Assembly (NCBI RefSeq): GCF_035084215.1
Contig: NC_090358.1
Location: 1,488,001 to 1,552,000 of the forward strand
Direction: 5' to 3'
Source of the DNA: Heptranchias perlo
Taxonomy: Eukaryota
DNA: 64,000 nucleotides
How positions within the stretch are numbered: the first letter of the stretch is position 1; the number at the start of each line of letters is the position of its first letter. The position numbers and the translations under genes were made by a program. The notes under the pieces were generated by a model. The model searched no databases. It was not told the origin of the DNA and was given only the letters and a program-made list of their open reading frames with translations. Of the stretch, positions 50,301 through 61,854 are shown in pieces.

Positions 50301-53300
50301 CAGTGCGGCTCTTTGTGTTGGGCCAAGGTGAGTGACTACAAGCAGCCTGTAACAGTGTGAAATCCAGAGTAATGAAACAATATTAGTCAGCCTCTGTTAC
50401 TGTGAAACCCTTTATAATGAATCTTCTTTTTTGTTAAGAGTCAGCTGATTGTTAGATTAGTTTCTTGGAATTGAGAATGTATCCATTTGTGATTCTGACA
50501 CTCACTCCATACTGACACTGCACAGTCACATAAAGCTTTCCACCCTGACTGGTGTCACAGACAAACTGTACTTGGATGCTGGTTTCAACATTCAGACTTT
50601 TTTTAAGCTAAATGTGCAATTTGCAAAAATGAAATCTCAGTTTTTGTTGTTTCTTGGAATGTGATGCAGTGCTGGTTTCCCAGCTCGGAGCTGCTGTGAG
50701 TCCAGCAACTCTAGCATGTGAGGGGAGTGATCCTCTGCATTCGGTGCCACAACAAACTGCTGGAGGTTGGAAATAAAGGTCTTCATTGTTGCTGAGCGTT
50801 CCACCCATCAGTACACTTGGGACAGTTTCTGAAACTCGCTGATCTTCAACTTGCTGTATTCTGTACTGCTGCAAGTTGTCAGCCTGCCTTCAAACTGTGC
50901 AAAAAGGTTGTGGTTCTGTGTCTCTTCCTTCTAGATGAACTCAGGTGATAAATAAAGTATAATTAATTCAGAGAATCAGTCAGTGCACAGATGCTGGTTA
51001 AACTAGGGCTATAAATTATGTGATTTTTAATTGATAACTTGTCCACCAGATTTGATAGACATCTCAGTCATAAAGAACTGTATCCTGCATCTCATTTACC
51101 TCTAGATATTCTTCACAAAGTACAAAATGAGATATAACTCAGCGTGGGAACAAAATAACTAATTTCCACGCGTTTATCCACAGTACATTTAGACAATCAT
51201 TCAGTAATCTGATCAAGAAAAAGATAAAATACAAATTTACCAGAAGTGGGTAGGTTTTAAATGTGTTGTTGCCTTTGTGAAACTTGCTTTTAACATTCAG
51301 CATGTTGATCAAGATAATTCAGAAATGTTCATGGATCGGGTCCTGAGGATTCATGCGACTGCATTCTTTCAGGCGAGTGGTGGGTAATTCATTCATCATA
51401 CTCCTAGATGGTGGAGAGACACTGAGGGTTCAGGAGGTGAGCCACTCGTCACAGAACACCCAGCCTCTGCCCTGCTCTTGTAGCCACAGTATTGATATAG
51501 TTGGTGCAGTTAATCTTCTGGCCAGTGGTGATTCCCCAGATGTTGATGGTTCAAACTGTTCCCAGATATAAGGGAACAACTGAAATGAAGGGATTCCACA
51601 GCACTGAAAATAAATAAAATTAATGGTGCTTCCTACCAAATTTTTGCACTTTTTTCCCTCTGTTGCTTAGACAAGAATGAAGTACATCCTTCCATGCCCC
51701 AGTCCCCAGCGCAACCCCACCACACTGCACTGAATCCTTGTGGGGATTTTGTGTAGTAGTAAATGGGGATTGGTTTGGCTCAGTCTATTATAACTTGAAT
51801 CGGGTGTGAGTTTAGGCTGCAGTTAGCAATACTATGCTTACTGTTGGCATTTAAAATGCTAATAATTTTATTTTATTTGTGTTGTATCTGCAGATTCTTT
51901 ATTTGATACTTTCCACGCAGTCGGTGACGTGATGAACTTTTGCCAGATATTTTCAATTTTGGAGGTTATAAACCCACTGCTGGGATTGGTGAAAACAGGG
52001 TTTTTGCCTGCAGTAATCCAGGTACGGTCTGGCCCTCTGGGGTTAGGATAGGATGAGTGGGTAAAGGGGAAGGAAGGTAAAGGCAAGTTGAACCGCTGTT
52101 CCTTTTTCGGCTACAAAGTACAGGCTTTCCTTCTTTCTGAAGTTAGTCCATGTGTCACTCCCTGTGAAGTCTGTTTTCCTCCTCAAATGAAGAAAACTGA
52201 TGTAAATAAAACTGAGTATGTTTAAAACAGGTTTACAGTTTTGAAAACATTTTCTCCCTTCAAGGTGTGAGTCACTTTTTAATAGACCAGCAGTTTCAGT
52301 TTCTTCAGCAGTCCTCTGCTAGCTTTATGATGTGGATTTAATTGTTTTAACAGGTAATTGGGAGGAGTATGATTCTGTTTGTGGTGATTGGAACTCAGGA
52401 GGAAATGCAGAATAAAGCAGCAGTGTTTGTTGTCTTTTACCTGTGGAGCATCATCGAAATGTTCAGGTTTGCATTCTCCTCACTTTCTTGAGCTCAGTTT
52501 TCAGTGAGATGATGGTTTAAAGAACCAGGGCCTAGTCCTGGAGAACATTCCCTGTGAAGTCTTAACGCTAACAAGCTGTGAGAGGAGCATTACAGGTAAA
52601 ACATAGGATCAATAAGACAAAAAAAAAGGCACTTCATTTAGTAACTTATCAGAATGTCACAACATTTCACGCAATTAATTATTTTTAGAGTGCAGTGACT
52701 GTTATGGAACCAGGGATATTACAGCACAGGAGGAGGATTTCAGCCTGTGCCAGCTGTTTAACTGGAGCTTTGTACTCTAATCCCACTTCCCTGTATCTTT
52801 TTATATTCTTCCTTTTCAAATACTTTATAAATTATATTGTAGTCAGATACTCATTGCCCACTTCTGGTAAAGCATCTAAATACTTTAATCAGCTGCTAAA
52901 AGGTGTGTGAGACCAACCTTCCTTTGATGAAGTGCATTGCAACCATTCAATATTGCTCCTTTCTCTCTCTCTCTCTCTCTCTTCCCTCCCTCCTCCATAT
53001 GAGCCATGGTTGGGGACTTGTATGAGGAACCAGAGGTCCAGTCCCATGCTGTACCACCTGATAACGCTGCCCGTTAGTACGCAGGACGTCCCAAAACGCT
53101 TCACATCCCATCCATTATTTTTTGAAGTGCAATTACTGTTGCTATGTGAGCCAATTGGACATTTACCATGAGCACACTGTCCCCCCGCCCACCTCCAGAG
53201 AGGTTAGTCCACATCATTTCTTGTTTGTGGTGATTGGAACTCAGGAGGAAATGCAGAATAAAGCAGCAGTGTTCGTTGTCTTTTACCTGTGGTAATGTTC

Positions 53301-55739
53301 AGGTTTGCATTCTCCTCACTTTCTTGAGCTCAGTTTTCGGTGAGATGATGGTTTAAAGAATGAGTCTTCAACTAAGGGTATTACGACAGGACCATTAAAT
53401 ACAAAGTAGTGTTGTGGAAATTGCAATTCATTCTAATCCTTTTTTTCACAGTATGCTTATGGTGGCACTCACTGTTTATTTGCATAATTTTAATGTTAGC
53501 AATCCCAAGTACAACCACGTAGCTTAGGCAAATTCACTTTGCTAGTAGTTTCCCTGCCAACCCTTACCTGTGCCGTTCACACCAGGCTGGATCTCTGTGC
53601 CTGGTACCGTGCAGCACCATCATCTTCATTTGCTTTCTTTACATGTGCAGTGCACACTGGATAAAGCTGAACTCATCTGCTGGGCTGTGTTCACGGGGGA
53701 CCGGTATCTCACAGTCAGAGCTCTGGGTAATGGTGGAGCAGTTACTGCATTTAAGAATGGGACATGTTTCACTCATTGAGGGAATAGCATTTATCTTCTG
53801 AATGGTACAAGTCTCTACTGTGTATAGGTGTATAGGTTATGTTCTCCGCTGTATTCACGGTAACTGCTACATTGAGGGAATGTACATAAAGCATTGTTCT
53901 GTTACTGAAATAGGTACCCATACTACATGCTGTCCTGTATAGGCACAGAGTGGAGAATGCTGACATGGATCCGATATACTATTTGGGTTCCTCTTTATCC
54001 ACTCGGAGTCATTGCAGAAGGTTGGTTGTGAGGTTTTTATATACTTTTACACTATTGCCAAATTGTGACATCAGTTGAGCTATTGGAACGACAGTTTGCT
54101 TCTACAGTACGGTTTTTGGGAGGGATGTGAAGTTTTGGTGAGCTTTTCTCCACGTATTTAGCCTACGAAGATCCACTTCTATTAACTCCCTTCTTCCTCT
54201 CCTCCACAGCGGTGTGTGTGGTTCAGTCTATTCCACACTTTGAGGAAAAGGGAAGATTTAGTATCCTGCTGCCCAACCCACTCAACATCTCATTCAGCTT
54301 CTCCTACTTCCTGCAAGGCTACCTTATTGTTATGTTCTTAGGTGAGTTCCAGTCTCTGGTCTCCGGACCACTTGGGTCTGATTACTCTGACTTTTGTTTT
54401 GATATATTCCGTTTTGTCAATACAGCTGATACACTGACATAAAAGGTGTGTTATTTAATGGTATAGGGCCTAATCTTAAACATAGGGTCCAGTCATGACT
54501 GATATTTAAGAATGAGGAGGATTAGGTGCAGTTTCTTCCTGCACTGGAGTCTCTGTCTCCTCCGCACACTCTCGTAGCACAGGGCTCGAGGGAGGTGACG
54601 TTTAAAATAACACATTGGGACAAAATACTGGTGTTATGCGGAGTGATTAATGCCTGACAGTGATTGTAAGGTAGTAATCTCATTGAGATTTTCAGTGGAG
54701 TCCCAAATGAGATTACACCTTGAAATCGCTCCCATGTGTTTTTTTGATGTGGAGATGCCGGTGATGGACTTATTTCAAATAAAGCTGTTGGACTATAACC
54801 TGGTGTTGTACGACTCCTTCCATGTGTTTTTTTGTAATAGTTACATTGAGTTACAGCACAGAAACAGGCCATTTAGCCCAAATGGTCTATGCCGGTGTTT
54901 ATGCTCCACACGAACCTCCTCCCACCCTACTTCATCTCACCCGATCAGGATATCCTTCTGTTCCTTTCTCCCTTGTGTGTTTATCTAGCTTCCCCTTAAA
55001 TGTATCTGTTATTTGCCTCTTCTAATTCTTGTGATGGTGAGTTCCACGTCCTAACCAGTCTTTGGGTAAAGAAGTTTCTCCTGAATTTTCTATTGGATTT
55101 ATTATATTGACTATCATATATTGATGACCTCTAGTTTTGTGGGGTTTATTCTGTTTTGTCTTTGTTGTAAGCACAAATGAGAGCCAACACAAGCCATGTT
55201 TAGTTTGTGACATCAACTCTTATAGTTATGAAATCACTGCAGTTTTATCAGATGGCAATCAACAATTACTGGGAAGTAATGGTCTTAGACCAATAGTGCC
55301 TCCTCTCGCTATCCTGACTGAAATTTGTAACAGCACAGCTCATGGATCAAACCTGGAACTTTCTTGCTCTTTGTGGCCTTCTGCTACACCGAAAGCTGCA
55401 TTTAACTTTTGGGTCATTTGAGTCAGCGTTAACGCACTTATGTCTTAAAATTGGGCTTTTCAAATGCTAATGTATGAAATTCTTTAGTCCACTATTTTAA
55501 TGACAAAGTTAACTCATTTATTTCAAACAGGTTAGTGTCTCGGTTAAATTAGTAGAGGAAGGAATTTCGTAGGATCGCATGACTGTTTTATGCGCTGTAT
55601 TCGAAGAACTCAGCATAAAAGCTCCTTGTGTGTATTATGATGTGATTTTCTTTTTTTTCCAGGTTTGTTCATTAATTTCCGCCACCTCTACAAACAAAGT
55701 AACAAGCGTCTCAGACCAAAGAAACGCAAGATGCAGTAG
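32250..55739 (+). CDS. HACD3: Very-long-chain 3-hydroxyacyl-CoA dehydratase 3; join(32250..32348,41150..41192,43288..43361,44445..44609,46707..46761,50217..50327,51894..52021,52354..52466,53914..54020,54210..54341,55663..55739); 367 aa
   Basis: N-terminal CS/p23 domain (LTPHVYWAQRH...LAPDFDRWLDESDAE); PTPLA domain with the catalytic-region motif RYTIWVPLYPLGVIAE; basic C-terminus KKRKMQ*. Eleven exons with GT-AG introns sum to 1104 nt in frame. Confidence 0.96.
32349..33100 (+). repeat. G-rich ~33-bp minisatellite at the start of HACD3 intron 1
   Basis: gggattgggaatgagatgggagc... units, then ggaaagatatgggaactgtcaggtcttgggaat x5 (32756-32920). Confidence 0.9.
33480..34175 (+). mobile_element. 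Decayed CR1 fragment(s) with 3' tail
   Basis: tttgctgatgacacc remnant; WNEL...FKNGLDRWL; tail ttgggccgaatggcctg. Confidence 0.65.
35888..36575 (+). mobile_element. CR1 LINE RT fragment
   Basis: NYRPISL, QHGFRKGRSCLTNL, YLDFQKA, PQGSVLGP, KFVDD. Confidence 0.9.
37129..39224 (-). mobile_element. 5'-truncated copy of the same LINE family, interrupted by a Penelope-like insertion
   Basis: ORFs 38460..39215, 38018..38629, 37791..38093 and 37191..37556 match the 25-28 kb element; frameshift in an expanded A-run at ~38500. Confidence 0.95.
37601..37821 (+). mobile_element. Penelope-like foldback insertion with hammerhead motif
   Basis: ~80-bp inverted arms and the same tail as 4396; 12-bp TSD ctcctgacttgt at 37589-37600 and 37822-37833; minus-strand CTGACGA...GAAA core. 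Confidence 0.88.
41150..41192 (+). CDS. HACD3: HACD3 exon 2
   Basis: caacag|KPDIKITGNTLSFR|gtaag; 43 bp. Confidence 0.9.
43288..43361 (+). CDS. HACD3: HACD3 exon 3
   Basis: HGHGAKGDNAYEFHLAFLEAVNPK; 74 bp. Confidence 0.94.
44445..44609 (+). CDS. HACD3: HACD3 exon 4
   Basis: PVFKATERQVNITVKK...FLAPDFDRWLDESDAEMELQAK; 165 bp. Confidence 0.95.
46707..46761 (+). CDS. HACD3: HACD3 exon 5
   Basis: EEEEEINRISLESRVRKD; 55 bp. Confidence 0.9.
47442..48220 (+). mobile_element. 5'-truncated copy of the same LINE family
   Basis: Matches 27435-28243 with small deletions; A tail. Confidence 0.93.
50217..50327 (+). CDS. HACD3: HACD3 exon 6
   Basis: MRKGYLFMYNLVQFLGFSWIFVNMTVRLFVLGQ; 111 bp. Confidence 0.95.
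51355..51560 (-). mobile_element. Old, decayed fragment of the same LINE family
   Basis: Diverged match to 27550-27750 (caggaggtgagccactcg...cccagcctctg...gtagccacagtatt). Confidence 0.7.
51894..52021 (+). CDS. HACD3: HACD3 exon 7
   Basis: SLFDTFHAVGDVMNFCQ...LPAVIQ; 128 bp. Confidence 0.94.
52354..52466 (+). CDS. HACD3: HACD3 exon 8
   Basis: VIGRSMILFVVIGTQEEMQNKAAVFVVFYLWSIIEMF; 113 bp. Confidence 0.94.
53222..53360 (+). pseudogene. Partial duplicate of HACD3 exon 8 plus downstream intron
   Basis: Near-identical to 52376-52523 but lacks the acceptor and the exon 5' end; net 10-bp deletion (ctgtggagcatcatcgaaatg -> ctgtggtaatg). Confidence 0.9.
53914..54020 (+). CDS. HACD3: HACD3 exon 9
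   Basis: YPYYMLSCI...WIRYTIWVPLYPLGVIAE; 107 bp. Confidence 0.95.
54210..54341 (+). CDS. HACD3: HACD3 exon 10
   Basis: VCVVQSIPHFEEKGRFSILLP...FLQGYLIVMFL; 132 bp. Confidence 0.94.
   Translation, partial: RCVWFSLFHTLRKREDLVSCCPTHSTSHSASPTSCKATLLLCS
54745..54819 (-). mobile_element. Short Penelope-like insertion (one arm plus tail)
   Basis: Same arm and tail sequence; TSD ccatgtgttttttt at 54732-54745 and 54820-54833. Confidence 0.8.
55663..55739 (+). CDS. HACD3: HACD3 exon 11 (stop TAG)
   Basis: LFINFRHLYKQSNKRLRPKKRKMQ*; AATAAA at 55874-55879. Confidence 0.95.
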
Positions 55740-58700
55740 AGGAGACTTGTGTCCGTCTCTGAGTTGGTGAAGAACCACTCGGTGTCCTCAATTATTTGAA
55801 TTAAATGTAAACTTGCTGCCTTTATAAACACACTGTACTTTTCAGGAAGTGAGAAAAGCCATGGCAAAGTGTCAATAAACCTTCAGTAACCAGTCACCCT
55901 GCTGCTCCCGTAATGCCACCTTCGCGGAGTATAACCATTTCCACCTCACCTGTCAGCCTTGCTGCCTGTGTGAGGAGTACTTTGCAATCACTGAACACAT
56001 TCCTTAGTAGCAGTGGAAATATTCATTATGGCCATTTATTTTTTTCCCTTAAATGTACATGTTGTCTGAAGAAATCCAAACTCTAATGGGAGGAAAGTTG
56101 ATTTATAACAAGTTATCTTGCACCCATGTAAAGTTTTTCTTTCCAATTACAACAGATTAATTTTATCAATTAAAAATGATTTTATATTGCAGTATAACTT
56201 TGATTTATCAAAGGTGACTGAGCAATGAATGGTGTCTCAGAATGATCAATGAGCAATATTGGACAGATTAATGATGATGCTGTTTAACAGTCTTTCTGGA
56301 ATTAAGTAATTTAATTTTAAATTGGGTGCTTTAATCTGCGTTCTTGTGGCCCTGCTGCCACGTGTTATTCTGTGGGAGAGCAGGAACCATGTGTACAGGT
56401 CTCTGCTGCTTTGTAACCAGCCACGTGGTCAGCTGGTGGGGCGGAGTTGATTCATAGAATAGGTGCTCCCTTATTACACCCATTAGATTCCTCCACAGTA
56501 GGGAATTGCAATACAGATCCTGAGGAGTACATTGGTACAAAGTTACCCTGCTACTGAACTACCCAACAATCATGCTCATGAATATTAATATCATAAAGAT
56601 AATTAGAAGGATGGTTCATTTCAAACTACTGATTAAATATAATGAGGATGGGGGACCTTAACATAAATCATCTCACACTGGATTAGTGTGATAGGCAGAT
56701 GGCCATTGAAAACTGCAAGAGTAAAGCTGGGGCAGGCTTTGTTTCTCAGTTAACCCCAAGGTTGGATGATTGTCTGAAATTCACTGAAGGACATCTGATC
56801 ATTTATAATATATGCAAGTTGATTAATTTTAATTTTTGTTATTTTTCTAAAAACTGCACTAATTTTGTGCTTTTTAATGTAGACTATTTCGGTGCATTGG
56901 GAAGCAGTGTTGGGTGGTTTAGAACAGGGGTTTATGAAGAGTTTGAAAGTATATCGGGGTAAGCAAGCTTTCCTGGGGGACAGATAGAGACGGGAAGCTG
57001 CTGTTACTATTAGAAAGGATTCACTGTGATTTGAATAAACTGAACATTAGTGAAAATCAGTGGTTATAATTTACTTCCATCTCCTATAATGGGGGTTAAA
57101 TGCCCTGTGTGAGACTTGCCTGCTCTTTCTCATATGTTCAGGTGTCCCCACTAACAGGTACAATTGTCCAACTTAAGGTGTATTGAAATGTGATGGAACT
57201 TGCACTATACCTTGGCTGGGGCAGGTTACTCTCTGGTGCAGGTTATCCAGAGAATAATCATCAATTATTTCTACCTGTAGCACTGACAAGATGAACTTTG
57301 ACCTATTGTTACCATGTACTGCTGTCTGGGGAAGGCAGAGCTTTTGGTGCCAGGTGTTGTTGCAGCATTTGGCTGGCTGGAGGCTGCATTGAGTTAATGT
57401 GTGATGCATCACTGGAATTACCTTTTCAGTGGATTATTAGAAAATAACACACTGTTGTATAAATTATACGTCGAATAATCAATACCAAGGAGATGATTTC
57501 AAGATGGTGTTTGATCCAGGGCTTTAGATGATGGACAGTGTTATCTATCATGAGATCAAAGCCTTGAAATCAGCCACAGGTACCTATTTGGTTGGTGTAT
57601 AATATAAACTTAAATGTATGCTTTGATTCAGTTATTGAATCACGTGGACTGAACTGCCACTGTATTACGTGATTTGAACTGCACTGATATCAATTTTATA
57701 CATTAAAAATTATAATTTCATTGCATATTAAGGAGTACCACAAACCCTGATATGAGTTAAGTATTTCTGCAATGTTCTTAAACCCTGGATTGAATAATTC
57801 CTTTACATTCTCTCCTGCTACTTGTAGTTTATAATAGGTGGACAGTGTCTGGAGGAAACTGTATGAGGTAGGTGAATAAGTTTTTTAAAAAAAGAACAGA
57901 TCTGAAGGTATGTCATTGAGTGACAGGCGGTTAAATTTACACTCAGTACATTTCTGGTAAAATGAACAGTAGACACACAACAATTTGCATTTATATAGCA
58001 CCTTTAACATAGGAAAACACCCCAAGGCGCTTCACAGGAGTGTAATCAGACAAAAATTGACACTGAGCCAAAGGAGATATTAGGACAGGTGACTAAAAGC
58101 TTGGTCAAAGAGGTAGGTTTTAAGAAGCGTCTTAAAGGAGGAGAGGCGGAGAGGTTCAGGGAGGGAATTCCAGAGTTTAGAGGCCTAGACGGCTGAAGGC
58201 ACGGCCAACAATGGTGAGGCAAAGGGATTTCACTTGCACGAGGCCAAAGTTGGAGGAATGCAGAGATCTTGGAGGGTTGTAGGGTTAGAGAAGGTCACAG
58301 AGATAGGGAGGGGCAAGGCCACGGAGGGATTTGAACACGGGGATGTGAATTTTAAAATCGAGGCATTGGTGGACCGGGAGCCAGCGAGCACAGGGGTGAT
58401 GGGTTCGGATACGGGCAGCAGAGTTTTGGATGAGCTCAAGTTTATGTCAGTATTCTGCATGGATAAAGATATTGAAAATGTAAATGTTACAAAAATTACT
58501 TACGTTGAATTTGAATAACGAAGATGGATGTAGATTGTGAAGATGCAGTTTTTAATTGGAAGATGAGGTGTATTAATTATTTCTGTTGCGTAACTAAGAT
58601 TTGATCAAAGTAAAAGGTATACATGGTACAGAATCGGACACTGATCACACATCACGTGGGCACTGCCCCGTCTCCAACACAGTTCATACTGCTGTTAAAC

Positions 58701-59379
58701 GTCAGTGGCTCAGCTAAGGTGGGTGAGTCTGACATAAACCATACAGAATGGACCACCAAGTTTTTTTCCCAGACATGTACTATAATCTTTTCTGAAGGAA
58801 TGCCCCTCATGTTAAAAGTGCCTTCCTGTTACACCATACAATTCAATGTAGGGCTTTCCACATGTCAGGGAAAGCCTCGGTACTGATGCTCTTTAATGAC
58901 CTGAAGAGTAGCAAATGATAACTTGCTCTTCAAGTGTCCCTAATATTTCTGCATTAACTGACGGACAGCCCAGGTGAGATCAGGATCTTTCAAAGCAGAG
59001 ACGATCAAGGGGATGGGAGAGCTGTTTCACTAGATACACCAGTACACTGCAGGCACAGGAGGGTTTTTTTTGTTGTTTTAAGGTTTGCAAGGCCACACTT
59101 TGATAAAATATTCCATTTGAAAACTTGTTTTAAAGGAAAAATGATATTACTATAGCATACTTAGGAGGTGGTGGTGACTTTGGATCTATGGTTCCCAAAG
59201 CTCTCCACCGCTGGGGGTTTTCCTCACCTCATGTCTGGGTGCGTTGTAGACTAATAGAGATTGATTATGATAAGTCAACAACTCCATTATCATTGTATCA
59301 TGTGACCACCAGGATGGTAATAGGCAAACTAGATGGACCTTGGTCTGTTTTTGGTCCAGCAGTAACTATGATACACTGT

Positions 59380-60415
59380 TTGGTCATGGTGATATATAAT
59401 TGTGGAGCCACACTGAATTTCACATGGGATAAAAGGGGTATGAGGGTGGTTATGGTGGAGATGCTTAAATATTTAATCTTTTTACAGAGGAAATTGAAAG
59501 TGGGACTGTGGGAGTACCTGAGGGGAGGGTGGATGAGCGACAACTGGAGGTAAAGGTTCATGGGCCTAAAAATAGAAATATCTGGTCCAGCTCTGTTTCC
59601 ATCCCAGAATACTGAGGGAGGGTGGGGAGAAGATGGCAAAACCATAACTTGCTAAAATCTTTGGAAATGGGAATTATGCCAAAGGACAGGTGGATGGTAA
59701 ATGTTACATCCATGTTCGAGGAAGGGGAAAGGGGCAAACCACAAAATAAAAGGCCAGTTAGTCTTGATCTTGGTTGTGGGTAAACTTCCAAAGGCCACAA
59801 ACAATGAAATTAGCAAACATTTAGAAAGGCATGGGCTCATTGGGGGTAGTCAGCATAGATGTGTAAAGGACAGGCTGTGCTTAATCACAAGAGGGACATG
59901 AGTAGTGGTGTGCCCCCTAGGGATCTCTTGTTCTTCATTTATATACATGATTTGGATGTGTACACAAGAGGATTCAGGTTTGCTGATGGTACCAACCAAA
60001 AAAGCACAACAAACTGAGAAAGATTTGGTTAGAGGAGTGGACCAATAAATGACAGATGCAGTTCAACAGAGAGAACTGTGAAGTGGTACATTTTGGGGAA
60101 AAAGAACAGTGAAAGGGAGTATATTTCAAATGGTAAGATTCTTAAGAGTGGAGGAATAACATGGAGTCGAGGGCAAAATTGCAGATAAAGTGACCTTTAA
60201 AGAAGGACAGTTAAGTAGAGAAAGGCAAATCGAGTTCTGGGTTTTATAGACAGTGGCAATGAATATAAAAGCAAGGAAGTGATATTGAATTTGTGACAGA
60301 CCAATTTAGGCCCCAGCTAGAGTATTATTGTGCAGCTGTGCACCCTATTCCAGGAAGGACATTTGAACCATAGAAATGCCACAGCAAAGATACACTCGAA
60401 TGATACCAGGAATGT
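59380..60415 (+). mobile_element. Highly decayed CR1 RT fragment
   Basis: Remnants aatgttacatccatgttc, agtcagcat, tttgctgatgg, ggccccagctagagtattattg. Confidence 0.65.
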
Positions 60416-61854
60416 GGTTAGAGTTTTTTTTAAATTGTTCTCAGGGGTAGGCAGTAAACATGTCCTTGCACATGTCCAATACCCAACTTGCCATGAGCAG
60501 TGGGCCTTCGCCTTGAATTGCTGCAGTCAGTGTGCTCCCATAATGGCGTTACGTAGGGAATTCCAGGAGACTGACTCAGTGATGCTTAAGGAACAGCGAT
60601 TACACATGTCCAAGTCAGCATGAAAGCATTGTTTTCATAAACTTAACAGGAGTTAAAATCTACAGGATATGGGCTTTTGAGCATATCTGTCATTGCTCTG
60701 TAACTGCCAATAAGGTCAAGCCCAATAAAATTGCAAATGTGATCAAGCAGTATACCAGTAGTTCACTTAAAATAACTTTAGTTACTGAAGCCTGGACCCT
60801 GCTGTGAGGAACCAGGATAGCCAGCAACAGAAGCCCTGAAAATTGAAGAAACCAACCAACTCTGTAGAATATCAATGGGCTGAGTTTCAACTATGTATCT
60901 ATCTTGTGCTTCAGATGAAGTTGATAAACTGTAATCTTTGCTCTTGCAGTTTAGGGTATGAGCCAAATGCTTATCTTCCTGCTTTGCAACCTGTATTAGC
61001 ACTTGAAGATTGCACAGATGTAATCATACATGGTGCCTTGGGACATTTTACTACATTAAAAGGTGCTATCTAAATGCAAGTGCAGGGATGTTAGCGATGC
61101 TCACTAAACTAATTCAAACTCAGAATTTTTTTACCGCAAGTTTAATCGTATAGATGCTATTTTAGTAACGAGGCTTTTGCTCTCTTTCACTGTCACTTTA
61201 ATTACACATTTTTAAAGCATCTTCCAGCTTGTGCCAGTGACTGTTGTAATATTATCAATAACGGTCCATGCACAACTGAAAATAGTCCGAGTTAGATTGT
61301 GACACATTTGGGACAAATGAGTTAACACCCAAACCAAATGTTGGGTGTTAACTTATTTTTCCACACTTTGGGGTGTGAGACATCACATTTGTACAACTTT
61401 CATATCTTTCTCTTTATTCTGTCCCGTCCACTACACAGATTGTGAAAGGTAATGGTGTTACACCTGGCTCCTCTGCAAACAGGTACAACACAGGCACATG
61501 AGACAGTGAATGAATAGTTTCATTTCAACTGGTGTGTACTGTACATGTAGAGGAATTAGTACAGAGAAAGTATAAGAACTGTACTGTACTAGATATCCTA
61601 TTACCTAGGCTGTGTAGACTGGCAAAGAAATTATGGAGATTTAAATCTTCAACATTAACCAAAAAGTCAAGGCTTGTTAAAAAATAGATTTTGTAAAAAG
61701 ATTTTCTTGTGGTGCACGCGGATAGATTTTGTAACAGAATTTTTCACAACCTCATGTCCCTCGCTGTATCCTTGTGCACAGCACTTCCAGCAAAACATTT
61801 CTTTTTTAAAAAATTAGGTCCTCAAAAGTGAACCAAATACAGTCTCTGTTCTAA

